Numbered from the stretch's first letter, positions 10,060-19,780 are shown. The stretch is DNA of 64,000 nt from Lachnospiraceae bacterium (GCA_015057865.1 SVDH01000005.1:29950-93949); one strand, 5' to 3'. The notes: generated by a model not told the origin, from the letters alone. Numbers and translations: made by a program.

Positions 10060-10848
10060 ATGCAGGAAGCATTAAAAAACGCAGATTTTTCATTGTCCCA
10101 TATCATTATCAGTCTGTGTGTGATCGGTGCAGCCATCATCATCTGGATGGTTTTTAAAAGGCTGTATAACCGACATGTGGAGCAGCAGGTCGCGGCCGGA
10201 GGCAACAGACCGACGACATTGTTTTACAATGTGGCCCGGGCGATCGTGGTGGTTTTGGTGATTCTGGCAGTGCTGCAGATCAACGAGATCAATGTGACAT
10301 CGCTGGTTGCGGGACTTGGTATCGCAAGCGCGATCGTGGGTCTTGCGCTGCAAGATTATCTGAAAGATATCATCATGGGAACCCATATCGTCAGGGATTC
10401 GTTCTTTAAAGAAGGCGATGCGGTAAAATACGGAGATCAGGAAGGCGTTGTGATCGAATTCAATATGCGGACGACAAAGATCCGCTGCTTTGCATCCGGG
10501 AACATCCTGACCGTTTCCAACAGAAACATTTCAGAGATCAGTGTTATTCCGGAAAGCCAGTTTCAGGATATTGATATCGGTCTGCCATACGAAGAAGATC
10601 ACCAGCGGGTGTTTGATGTACTTGCCAAAGCCTGCGGCCGGATTGCACAATTAGAAGGCGTGGATGACTGTGTCATGAAAGGAATTCTGAAATTTGAGGA
10701 TTCTGATATTCTGTACCGGGTCCGGTTTTTCTGCTATCCTTCAAAAAAATACGACCTTCGTCTTGCAGCAAACAGGATTATCCTGGAGTGCCTGACGGAA
10801 GCCGGTATTTCGATTCCATATCCACAGATGGATGTGCATTTGAATTAA
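10060..10848 (+). CDS. mechanosensitive ion channel family protein (MscS-like)
   Basis: Three N-terminal TM helices, then an MscS beta-domain-like region (GDAVKYGDQEGVVIEFNMRTTKIR). Confidence 0.8.
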   Translation: MQEALKNADFSLSHIIISLCVIGAAIIIWMVFKRLYNRHVEQQVAAGGNRPTTLFYNVARAIVVVLVILAVLQINEINVTSLVAGLGIASAIVGLALQDYLKDIIMGTHIVRDSFFKEGDAVKYGDQEGVVIEFNMRTTKIRCFASGNILTVSNRNISEISVIPESQFQDIDIGLPYEEDHQRVFDVLAKACGRIAQLEGVDDCVMKGILKFEDSDILYRVRFFCYPSKKYDLRLAANRIILECLTEAGISIPYPQMDVHLN

Positions 10849-11195
10849 GATGGTCTTTCGGACAATGTGGTAAAAAACAGATTGGTATATTGTATAAAGA
10901 GATCTAACTGACGCTCCGGAAGCTGGCAGGCGCGCTGAATAAGAAATGGAATTTTTTGATCATCAACCATGCCAAAAAGAAGCAGATCACTGGAGACTTC
11001 ACAGATCTGGCAAATACGAATCAGAGCAGGCAAAGAAGGACTGCTCTTTCCACATTCCATATTTGAAATGTGTTTCTTATTCATTTCAAGCTGTTCTGCG
11101 AGCTGTTCCTGCGTAAGCCCCGCTTTTTTACGGGCTTCCCGAATCCGCAGACCCAATTGGATCCTGAACTCTTTTGTCATCTGCATTTTCACCAT
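10845..11195 (-). CDS. XRE-family helix-turn-helix transcriptional regulator
   Basis: HTH_3 pattern LGLRIREARKKAGLTQEQLAEQLEMNKKHISNMECGK. The true start may be the ATG at 11186, which has better SD spacing. Confidence 0.8.
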   Translation of the reverse strand: MVKMQMTKEFRIQLGLRIREARKKAGLTQEQLAEQLEMNKKHISNMECGKSSPSLPALIRICQICEVSSDLLLFGMVDDQKIPFLIQRACQLPERQLDLFIQYTNLFFTTLSERPS

Positions 11196-11304
11196 ACCTC
11201 ATTTCTTATTTTAAAAAAATGTGGAACAATTGAAAATTACCTGGTACACCCATAAAAAGTGGGTGTATCAGATCCTATAGGTTTTACAGGTGTAAAAGCC
11301 GGTA

Positions 11305-11350
11305 ACAAAAAAACCTTGTGTATCCGCCTGTTGAGCGGATCACAAGGTTT
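11305..11350 (-). terminator. rho-independent terminator after the MFS gene
   Basis: Stem AACCTTGTG.ATCCGC / GCGGAT.CACAAGGTT, followed on the minus strand by a T7 run. Confidence 0.6.
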
Positions 11351-11382
11351 TATGATCTAGAAATGAAGACAAGTACTATCTG

Positions 11383-12765
11383 TTATTCCGCCTTTTTATT
11401 GCTTTTGATAAATCCAAACGCGAGAATGACACAGACGACGGCAAGGATCACCATGCCGACATAACTGTGGCGGACATTCGCGATGGTATAATTGGAATCC
11501 GTTACGCCGACTGACATCAGCGATACAAAGCCTGCTGCGCCAAGCGCTCCGCCGATCGTGCGCAGGCATGTCATCAATGCTGTGCCGTCGGTTTTTTCTA
11601 CGCCCTCAAGCTTTTCCATTCCGAAGGCCGCCAGATTCATCATGACAAAGGACATACCAAAGCCTAAGATGACGAGCGGAATGATCAGAATGTAGGAAGA
11701 CATATTCTCCTTTACAAAAAGTGTGCTGATCTCACTGATCAGAACAAGTGATGTTCCAAGCATCGCCAAGGGCTTCATGCCGATCCTGTCATACAGCTTT
11801 CCGGCAACAGGACTCATCAGACCCGTGATCAATGCGCATGGCGCGATGACGATACCAAATACCGTGGCGCTTTGTCCCTGCACGGTCTGGACCAGAATCG
11901 GGATGATCGTTGACATACCATTCATCAATGCATAAAAGATCATGCAGATGATGACTGCGACGGTAAAGTCTCTGGTCTTAAATACACGCAGATTCAGAAG
12001 CGGTGATTCGATGCGCATCTGACGAACCGAGAAGATGACCAGTGCGACCAGACCGATGACAAGCAGGAGTGCAACCTGAATGCTCATAAACGGATAGCTT
12101 CCCATATTGCCGGCCATAAGTACGATGCAGGTAAACCCGATCGCTGCAAGCACCATGGACAGCAGATCGAAAGAAGGCTTGGAATTCTCCAATACGTTTT
12201 TCATAAATTTTGCGCCGCAGATAAAATCCACCAGGCAGAACAGGAGGATGATCCAGAAGATCACACGCCATCCCCAATGGTCAATGATCACGCCGGCGAT
12301 CATTGGCGCTACAACAGGAGCAAATGTAACAGCCAGTCCGTAGACACCCATCGCAAAGCCGCGTTTGGCGGAAGGGATGATGATCAGGATTACCATCTGT
12401 GTCATGGATATGATGATGCCATAACCGACGCCCTGAATGATCCGCCCGAGCAGCATGATGGAAAAGGTCGGTGCCATGGCACAGAAGAGTATGCCGACTG
12501 TAAACAGTCCCATGCCGATAAAAAACAGGTTTTTCGTCGGGAACCGTTTGACGATAAATGCTGTAGCCAGAATCATGATCCCGCTGACCAGGGAATAGAT
12601 ACTGGTGACCATCTGCGCCTGACTTGCCGGAATACTGAAGTCAACCATGATGACCGGCAATGCGGTACTCATAACGGTTGATACAATGGAAGTGATGACT
12701 GATCCAAGGACCAGAACAAAGAAAATCCCTTTCCGGCTGATTTTAGAACTGTTGCTAGAACTCAT
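11383..12765 (-). CDS. MFS transporter, DHA2 (EmrB/QacA-like, ~14 TM) family
   Basis: Hydrophobic throughout with about 14 TM segments and the length typical of drug/H+ antiporters. Start placed at MSSSN (12765, SD-like GAAAGGG) rather than the ORF-track ATG at 12801, which has no SD. Confidence 0.85.
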   Translation of the reverse strand: MSSSNSSKISRKGIFFVLVLGSVITSIVSTVMSTALPVIMVDFSIPASQAQMVTSIYSLVSGIMILATAFIVKRFPTKNLFFIGMGLFTVGILFCAMAPTFSIMLLGRIIQGVGYGIIISMTQMVILIIIPSAKRGFAMGVYGLAVTFAPVVAPMIAGVIIDHWGWRVIFWIILLFCLVDFICGAKFMKNVLENSKPSFDLLSMVLAAIGFTCIVLMAGNMGSYPFMSIQVALLLVIGLVALVIFSVRQMRIESPLLNLRVFKTRDFTVAVIICMIFYALMNGMSTIIPILVQTVQGQSATVFGIVIAPCALITGLMSPVAGKLYDRIGMKPLAMLGTSLVLISEISTLFVKENMSSYILIIPLVILGFGMSFVMMNLAAFGMEKLEGVEKTDGTALMTCLRTIGGALGAAGFVSLMSVGVTDSNYTIANVRHSYVGMVILAVVCVILAFGFIKSNKKAE

Positions 12766-12840
12766 GGTGAAGACCCTTTCTGTTTGCGTTTTCAATTTCA
12801 TAAGATGATACCACTATTTTTTTTGTCTTGCAAATTCGTG

Positions 12841-12871
12841 TTTGTCGAATCTACAAACAAGAATTTATCAA
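12841..12871. repeat. 31-nt repeat, copy D (perfect reverse complement of 6285-6315)
   Basis: TTTGTCGAATCTACAAACAAGAATTTATCAA. Together with 12835-12840 it forms an 11-7-11 palindrome, TTCGTGTTTGT-CGAATCT-ACAAACAAGAA. It lies ~70 nt upstream of the MFS start. Confidence 0.9.
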
Positions 12872-12969
12872 TGGATAAGAACAGCATTTTGTGCTATTCT
12901 ATAATCAACAAATCAGCATAACAATGTAAAAAATGATACGGAAATACGTTTAGAGAGGAGATGTTTTTT

Positions 12970-13158
12970 ATGATCAGCAGAAGATTGATCCTGGCAGGCG
13001 CGGCGGCAGTCGTTGCGGCAGCACTTCCGGCAGCATTCTTTATCAGTGCGGTAGTGGAAGATGAGAAAAAAAGACGTGAAGGCGCAATGGAGCGCAAGGA
13101 AAAGATCCTGGAGGCAATGGCGAAAAATCGCGCAAAGGATGAGGAAGCAATGGGCTAA
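12970..13158 (+). CDS. small hypothetical membrane-anchored protein
   Basis: GAGGAG lies 9 nt before the ATG at 12970. MISRRLILAGAAAVVAAALPAAFFISAVV, then a Lys/Glu-rich tail. No recognisable family. Confidence 0.3.
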   Translation: MISRRLILAGAAAVVAAALPAAFFISAVVEDEKKRREGAMERKEKILEAMAKNRAKDEEAMG

Positions 13159-13202
13159 AGAGCGTAAGAGCCCTGTTTGTGTGGTTGGAATGGGCGGATC
13201 TG

Positions 13203-14450
13203 TTACCGGCTCAGATAATCCAGAATATAAAAAGATAACTCATATAGAAATAGAAGATGACTGTCTGTGGCAGAAATGTCAAGCAGCTCTTCTATTTTTT
13301 TGATGCGGTAAAAAAAGGTGCTCCTGTGGATGTGCAGCTTTGAGGCAGCGAGCGCCGCGTTTCGGTCACAGTCCAGATAGGTGCGTAGCGTCTGTATAAA
13401 ATCCGTACGGTATTCCCTGTCATGCTCGATCAACTGATAGATATGATGGTGAATGCCGATCTGCAGACCGGAATAGTCACAGTTCGAAAACAGGTAAGGC
13501 AATAATGCGTCGGTGCTGTGATAGAGCCGGATGGACGGATTGGAGGTATCACTCAACTCCAGTGTGCGCAGCGCCTGGTGATAATACGCGCTGATTTTAA
13601 TGATGTCCGCAAACGGCTGACTGATCCCGGCAATCATATCATTGCGGGTGCAGAATGTCTGGAGAGGATGCAGAAAAGCATCCGTGAGCAATACGGGATG
13701 TTCCTGATTGATCAACAGCAGGATGTGGTCCTTGTAAACAACAGCCATACTTTTTGGATAATGCTCTCTGAGTGTCATGACCTGACGTCTATGAAAAAGA
13801 TGATTATCAAGCGGCGTGGCAGATTCAAGCGCGATCACACAGTAATATCCTCCCGGCGTATGTCCGAGGATAGACAAACGCTCGGTGATTGTATCAGATT
13901 CTGTAAAACGGCCTTCAAAAAGGTCGATCAGAAAAGATTCGTAGGGCATACCCGTCCGGTTGTCCGGCAGCCCCCGGCGCTGCATCTCAAGCGCGCAGAC
14001 ATCAGAAAAAGCCGTGATCAGCTGCAATTGATCGTCGCTTAGCCGGATTTCCTTGGGCAGACATACGGCGACATACCCCATCGGAACCTGATGAATGCGG
14101 ATTGCGCAAAACGCCCAGGTCGTATCCGGGTGATCCTCAGGATTGACATGGAATGTCTGACGGTTCTCATAGATCTTTTCTTCGATCTGAAGGCGCCTCA
14201 GACTTTCGATTTCGCTGCTGTCTAAAAGAAGTCCTCCCGGCGTGCGCTGGATGCCGAAGGGAAACTGGTTCATCTGATCTGAGACGGCAATGATCTGGTA
14301 GCTGATGTCGCAGATGGATACCGGATAATGGATGTAATCTTCAAGCATCTGTGCCAGACGGGGCATTCCGCCATCTTCGGACAGGCTTTGATAGAGTGCA
14401 TTGATCTGTGTCAAAAGCATGATGTTTTCTGTGGTGATATCCTGTGCCAT
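13203..14450 (-). CDS. PucR/CdaR-family transcriptional regulator
   Basis: C-terminal PucR-type HTH (DRNAALAASKLHIHRSTFFYRIKKIEELL) and a long N-terminal sensor-like region. Divergent from the oxidoreductase genes. Confidence 0.8.
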   Translation of the reverse strand: MAQDITTENIMLLTQINALYQSLSEDGGMPRLAQMLEDYIHYPVSICDISYQIIAVSDQMNQFPFGIQRTPGGLLLDSSEIESLRRLQIEEKIYENRQTFHVNPEDHPDTTWAFCAIRIHQVPMGYVAVCLPKEIRLSDDQLQLITAFSDVCALEMQRRGLPDNRTGMPYESFLIDLFEGRFTESDTITERLSILGHTPGGYYCVIALESATPLDNHLFHRRQVMTLREHYPKSMAVVYKDHILLLINQEHPVLLTDAFLHPLQTFCTRNDMIAGISQPFADIIKISAYYHQALRTLELSDTSNPSIRLYHSTDALLPYLFSNCDYSGLQIGIHHHIYQLIEHDREYRTDFIQTLRTYLDCDRNAALAASKLHIHRSTFFYRIKKIEELLDISATDSHLLFLYELSFYILDYLSR

Positions 14451-14642
14451 AGTTTCGCTCTCCAGGTTATATAAAACTAATCAGACAAATGTTGAATGAT
14501 TGATAATGATATTTGCAATAAAATCCTACGAACGTTTGAGGATAAGATGAATAAAACATGATATACTGGGAATAAGGTATCATGATAACGGAAACTTTGT
14601 CAATCGATGAATGACAGGACAATTGTTCAAAAGGAGATGGAT

Positions 14643-16796
14643 ATGGCTATTATCACGATTGATGGTGTCCGGCTTACGGTGCCGGATGACCGGAATGTAC
14701 TGGAGAGTGCACTCCAGGCGGGAATCTACATCCCGCACCTTTGCTATCATCCGGACCTGCCGGAGAATGGCAGCTGCCGGATGTGTATCGTCGAAGTGGA
14801 CGGAGAGGAGCAGCCGGTTCCTTCCTGTACACTGAGACCAAAAGACGGTATGGTGATCCGTACCCGTTCGGAACGTGTCGACAAGCTCAGAGTTCTTGCG
14901 CTTGAGCTGCTTTTGGCAGCGCATCCTGAGGATTGCTCAACCTGTCCGAAGTATGGCAACTGTGAGCTTCAGACCCTGATGCAGTATGTCGGTGCCAATG
15001 CGTCCCGTATGCGTGTGCGTATCAAGGGCGCCAGAATGGAAGAAGGGAATCCGCTCCTGATCCATGATATGAACCGTTGCGTACTTTGCGGCAGATGCGT
15101 ACGTGCCTGCAAGAAGCTTCGTGGTGTCGGTGTGCTGGATTATACCAAACGTGAAGACCTTGAGACGTTTGTTGCGACAGTTCATGGAAAACTCCTGAAA
15201 GATGAGGACTGCCGGTTCTGCGGAGCGTGTGCGGAAGTCTGCCCGACAGGCTCGATCCGTGACAAGCTGCAGGCGGCTGAGACAGGAAAGACAAAAGAGG
15301 AACTTACGGTTCCGTGCCGTGCGGCATGCCCGGCGCATACCGATGTTCCGAGATATGTCCGTTTCGTAAAACAGGGTGATTATGATGCTGCGCTTGCGGT
15401 GATCCGCGAGAAAGCTCCGTTCCCGAAAGTCCTTGGCTATATCTGCAACCACGTCTGCGAGCTGGACTGCAAGCGCAGGGAAGTCAACGAAGCCATGTCG
15501 ATCCGCAACATCAAACGTTATGCGGCAGAACATGACACAGGGAAATACTGGAGAGGAAAAGGCAAGCAGCTTCCGGATACCGGAAAGAAGGTATGCGTTG
15601 TCGGCGGCGGACCGGCCGGCCTGACAGCAGCATATTATCTGCGGAAACAGGGTCATGATGTTACATTGAAAGAAGCGCTTCCGAAGTGCGGCGGTATGGC
15701 ACAGTACGGAATCCCGGCATACAGAATGCCGCGGAATATTGTGGATGAAGAGATCGCCATCATTGAGGAACAGGGCGTTAAGATCGAGACGAACTGCCGT
15801 GTAGAAAAGCCGGTAGATCTGTTGAAAGAATTTGACGCAGTGCTCTTAACGATCGGATCACATGAAGGTGTCCGTCTTCCGATGGAAGGCAGTGACCTGC
15901 CGGAGGTTCTTTTGAACATCGACTTCCTGCAGAACGCATCCATGGGAAAAGAAACCGGCATGGGCAAACGCGTCATCGTTCTTGGCGGCGGTAACGTTGC
16001 ATTTGACTGTGCGCGCAGTGCAAAACGTCTGGGCGCAGAAGAAATTCACCTTGCCTGCCTGGAAGCAAGAGATGTCATGACGGCAGACGATGAAGAGATC
16101 GAACAGGCACAGGAAGAAGGCATCTTCGTGCATCCGGCACAGACATTTGAACGCATTACCGGTACGGATCATGTAACCGGTGTTGATTTCATGAATGTAA
16201 AAGCATTCTACTTTGACGAAAACCGCCGTGCGGTGATCGAGAAGGAAGAAGGATCTGAGCATCATATCGAAGGTGACACCGTTATCTTCGCAACAGGACA
16301 GCGCCCGCAGGGCACCGTGGATATGGGCCTTGAACTCGGACGCGCAAACAGCATCGTGGTTAAAGAAGGATCGAATGCGGCTTCCGTAGATGGCATCTTT
16401 GCTGCAGGTGATGTGGTTTACGGAACAAAATCTGTGATCATGGCGATCGAGGCAGGCCGTGAGGCGGCACAGGAGATCGACCGTTACCTTGGCGGAGACG
16501 GAGACATTTCAGAAGTGCTCGCACCGGAGCAGGTGAAAGATCCGTGCATCGGCAAGGAAGAAGGCTTTGGCTACCTTGCGCGCAAGCAGCCTGAACTGAA
16601 GACGGCAGAAGAGAGAGAGGATAACTTCAATCAGTTTGACTTCGGAATCTGCGATGCGGACATCTGCGGTGAAGCAAGCAGGTGCCTGCAGTGTGACTTA
16701 AGACTTATGATCCATCCTCCGCGGCTGTGGAATGAATTTTCCAATACAGAAGCAGCTGAAGGAAATAAGGAAGAGGAGGTGACGGTCAATGCGTGA
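14643..16796 (+). CDS. Fe-S oxidoreductase subunit: NuoG/HydA-like N-terminus ([2Fe-2S] plus [4Fe-4S] clusters) fused to a GltD-like NAD(P)H/FAD module
   Basis: CYHPDLPENGSCRMCIVEV (2Fe-2S); HPEDCSTCPKYGNCELQ (His-ligated cluster); CVLCGRCVRAC and CRFCGACAEVCPTG (4Fe-4S); Rossmann motifs VCVVGGGPAGLTAAYYL and VIVLGGGNVAFDCA. AAGGAG lies 6 nt before the ATG at 14643. Confidence 0.8.
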   Translation: MAIITIDGVRLTVPDDRNVLESALQAGIYIPHLCYHPDLPENGSCRMCIVEVDGEEQPVPSCTLRPKDGMVIRTRSERVDKLRVLALELLLAAHPEDCSTCPKYGNCELQTLMQYVGANASRMRVRIKGARMEEGNPLLIHDMNRCVLCGRCVRACKKLRGVGVLDYTKREDLETFVATVHGKLLKDEDCRFCGACAEVCPTGSIRDKLQAAETGKTKEELTVPCRAACPAHTDVPRYVRFVKQGDYDAALAVIREKAPFPKVLGYICNHVCELDCKRREVNEAMSIRNIKRYAAEHDTGKYWRGKGKQLPDTGKKVCVVGGGPAGLTAAYYLRKQGHDVTLKEALPKCGGMAQYGIPAYRMPRNIVDEEIAIIEEQGVKIETNCRVEKPVDLLKEFDAVLLTIGSHEGVRLPMEGSDLPEVLLNIDFLQNASMGKETGMGKRVIVLGGGNVAFDCARSAKRLGAEEIHLACLEARDVMTADDEEIEQAQEEGIFVHPAQTFERITGTDHVTGVDFMNVKAFYFDENRRAVIEKEEGSEHHIEGDTVIFATGQRPQGTVDMGLELGRANSIVVKEGSNAASVDGIFAAGDVVYGTKSVIMAIEAGREAAQEIDRYLGGDGDISEVLAPEQVKDPCIGKEEGFGYLARKQPELKTAEEREDNFNQFDFGICDADICGEASRCLQCDLRLMIHPPRLWNEFSNTEAAEGNKEEEVTVNA

Positions 16797-19737
16797 ATAT
16801 AATGGTTATATCAAAGCAAAAGGCATCGGATCAGAAGATCTGATCACGATGATCAGAGAAACCGGTCTTCTCGAGTTTGGCATTGAAAAAGAGCCGGTTG
16901 CTGACAAGTGGGATCGTGTGATCGCAGAAAGAGATCAGCAGACCAATCCGATCCGTGTGGTTGCCGGACTGAATAACGCAGACAGAAACGGCGCGCTTCT
17001 GGCGCTGCTCAAAGAAGATGCAGAAAAAGTGCTTGACGGAATCTGCATTGCGGCACATGCGGTCAATGCCGATGAAAAATGGCTGTATCTGCCGGAAGGC
17101 TGTGAAGCACTTGGGGAAGAGATCTCCGACGCGGCAAAAGAATGCAGCGTAGAGATTCAGTATGGGATCATCAATCGCAGGGAGAGCAAGGGCGGTGCGT
17201 TCCATCACATTGAGACATTGCATGCGCTTTCTGAGATTCTGACAGGTTCCTATGAGCCGGGAACCTATGTGGCAGTCTGCCCGGTATCAAACGGCAAAGA
17301 GGCTGTGACAGGCGAGATCCGAAAAGTTTCGTTTGGAACAAAGGTTTCTGACATCCTGAAAGAATCGGGCATTTCAGAAGACATCCAGGCGATCGCGATC
17401 GGCACAAAACTGTTTGATGCATCTGGCGCAGAGATGGTCATCGAAAAAGAAACGCCGGTCGGAAACGGCGTTATTACCGTATATGACAATACCTGCTGTA
17501 TCGTGCATGAAGCAGAGAAGATCCTGTTAGAGGGCAGAAAGCAGAGCTGTGGCAAATGCACATTCTGCAGAGAAGGCCTGATCCAGCTGCATACGATGGT
17601 CAGAGAGATCACAGAAGGAAAAGGAAAGAAGGAATTCCTTCCGATGATCCAGGAGATCGGCGAGGCAATGGTGATTTCAACACCGTGTACGATGGGACAG
17701 ACCGGTTCGGATTTCGTTCTTGGCGCACTGGCTCAGTTTGCCGGTGAATTTGAAGAGCACATCCGCAAAAAATGTGCACATGATGTTTGCGAAGCGTTCC
17801 AGACGATTTACATCGATCCGAAGAAATGTACCGGATGCGGTCTGTGTATTGAAGCATGTCCGGTCAAAGACGCGATCACAGGGAAACCGGGTTATGTCCA
17901 TATGCTGGATGCATTTGCCGGCGTGAAAGCAGGTGAATGGATGGATGCATGTCCGGAAGGCGCGATCATCAAGACTTCAGGGCGTGTACCGAAGCTTCCG
18001 TCCAAGCTGACACGCGCGTCGGCAAAACCGGCACCGGGAAGCGCCGGAGAAGCGGCATTGCTGGCAGCCGGCGGAGCAGCTGCAGCAGACGGAAAGGGTG
18101 AAGCAAAGAAAGCTTCCAGACGGATTCGTCGTAGCAGTGCGGCACTGATGGCAGCAGCACAGAACAGTCAGGCGGCAGCTGAGGCAGGCGTATCATCCAT
18201 CAGCGGCAAAAAGAAAAAGGTTACCAAACCGAGAGTATTCAATAATACGGATCAATTACTTGGCGGAGGAAAGATTATGAAGAAAATGGAAGCAGATGTC
18301 ATCATCGCAGGCGGCGGCCCGGCAGGCCTTGCAGCTGCAGTAACAGCAGGTGAAAACAACCTGACCTCAATTATTTTTGAGAAGACCAACACCACCGGCG
18401 GTGCAGCAAATATGGGTATGGGACCGCTTGGAATCGATACCCATATCCAGAAAAAACTGTTCAATAATATCACGGTACAGGAAGCGCTGGATGAGCATAT
18501 GCGCTATACGCATTTCCAGGTAGATTCCGATCTGGTTCAGACCTACTTTAACAAGTCTGCTGATACCATTTCCTGGCTTGAGGACTATGGTGTAGAATTT
18601 GCCGGTGCATTCCGTTACTTCAAAGAGTCTGCGGCAACCTGGCATATCGTAAAACCGGAGAATGGTGTGATCGGCCCGCGTGCGGCAGGTCCGATGGCAC
18701 GTATCCTGGCAGAAAAGGCGCAGGAGATGGGAACGACCATCTGCCTGGAAACATCCATGAAGAGCCTGATCGTAGAAGACGGCCGTGTAGTCGGTATGAT
18801 CGCTGTTGACAAAGACGGCAATGAGATCGAAGCACGCGGTAAAGCAGTTGTGGTTGCAACCGGTGGATTCGGTAATAACGAAGAGATGCTGCGTGATGAA
18901 TTTGACCTGAATCTCTGGAAAGACTTCTGGCCGTTCCGTATCCCGGCACACCAGGGCGAAGGCCTGCAGGGTATGTGGGATGTCGGCGCAGAGCGTTATG
19001 GCGCGAACCTGGAGATCATCTACCAGCTGGCAGACAACATGAACTGGTTCCTGCTTGATGCAGTGCTTCGTCAGCCGAACCTGATGATCAATCAGCGCGG
19101 CGATCGCTTTATGAACGAGCAGTACATGGGCAATACGACCTATACCGGAAATGCGATCCGTCAGCAGCCGGGTAAATACGCATACTGCATCCTGGATGAC
19201 GCGATCATCAACTACTATAAGCAGAATGGACCGGATATCTTTGATATCGTGCATCCGGAAGAAGCATTCTTTGCGGTAGGACCGGAATTTGAGCGCGCCG
19301 TTGCAGAAGGATACGAAGGATACTTCGAAGCAGATACCATCGAAGAACTTGCAGAAAAGATCGGCATCGATGCTGATAAGCTGCAGGAGACCTTTGATGA
19401 ATACAATCAGATGTGCGAAGAAGGACGTGACGGCAAGTTCCACAAGAATCCTGATTTCCTGCACCCGATCTATGGTAAGGGCAAATACCGCTGCGGTAAG
19501 TTCTTCGTAGCGGCTTACGGCAGCATCGGCGGTGTCCGCATCAACAAGTACTGCGAAGTAATGGGCGGCGACCAGGAGCCGATCCCGGGTCTGTATGCAT
19601 GCGGTAATGATTCCAATATCATCTACGGCGACAGCTACAACTTCACCCTTTGCGGTAACTCCATGGGATTTGCAGTCAACTCCGGACGTATGGCAGGCGA
19701 AGCGATCGCAGAGTATATCGAGGATATGGGGCTGTAA
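16789..19737 (+). CDS. fusion protein: NuoF-like SLBB/[4Fe-4S] module, ferredoxin, Ala-rich linker, and FAD-dependent (fumarate-reductase/KstD-like) flavoprotein
   Basis: SCGKCTFCREG (NuoF-type cluster), CTGCGLCIEACP, a ~100-aa low-complexity linker, then DVIIAGGGPAGLAAA through GLYACGND (FAD_binding_2-like). The ATG overlaps the upstream stop (ATGCGTGA). Confidence 0.8.
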   Translation: MREYNGYIKAKGIGSEDLITMIRETGLLEFGIEKEPVADKWDRVIAERDQQTNPIRVVAGLNNADRNGALLALLKEDAEKVLDGICIAAHAVNADEKWLYLPEGCEALGEEISDAAKECSVEIQYGIINRRESKGGAFHHIETLHALSEILTGSYEPGTYVAVCPVSNGKEAVTGEIRKVSFGTKVSDILKESGISEDIQAIAIGTKLFDASGAEMVIEKETPVGNGVITVYDNTCCIVHEAEKILLEGRKQSCGKCTFCREGLIQLHTMVREITEGKGKKEFLPMIQEIGEAMVISTPCTMGQTGSDFVLGALAQFAGEFEEHIRKKCAHDVCEAFQTIYIDPKKCTGCGLCIEACPVKDAITGKPGYVHMLDAFAGVKAGEWMDACPEGAIIKTSGRVPKLPSKLTRASAKPAPGSAGEAALLAAGGAAAADGKGEAKKASRRIRRSSAALMAAAQNSQAAAEAGVSSISGKKKKVTKPRVFNNTDQLLGGGKIMKKMEADVIIAGGGPAGLAAAVTAGENNLTSIIFEKTNTTGGAANMGMGPLGIDTHIQKKLFNNITVQEALDEHMRYTHFQVDSDLVQTYFNKSADTISWLEDYGVEFAGAFRYFKESAATWHIVKPENGVIGPRAAGPMARILAEKAQEMGTTICLETSMKSLIVEDGRVVGMIAVDKDGNEIEARGKAVVVATGGFGNNEEMLRDEFDLNLWKDFWPFRIPAHQGEGLQGMWDVGAERYGANLEIIYQLADNMNWFLLDAVLRQPNLMINQRGDRFMNEQYMGNTTYTGNAIRQQPGKYAYCILDDAIINYYKQNGPDIFDIVHPEEAFFAVGPEFERAVAEGYEGYFEADTIEELAEKIGIDADKLQETFDEYNQMCEEGRDGKFHKNPDFLHPIYGKGKYRCGKFFVAAYGSIGGVRINKYCEVMGGDQEPIPGLYACGNDSNIIYGDSYNFTLCGNSMGFAVNSGRMAGEAIAEYIEDMGL

Positions 19738-19780
19738 AGATCAAAGAACGCAGAAGCTTACCAACAGTATGAATCATAAG

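Noticed and set aside
12970-13158. A twin-arginine (Tat) signal in the small ORF (ISRRLILAGAAAVVAAAL).
   Set aside because: The product would be only ~62 aa with no mature domain, and no Tat genes lie in the window. It is more simply an N-terminal membrane anchor, if the ORF is real at all.
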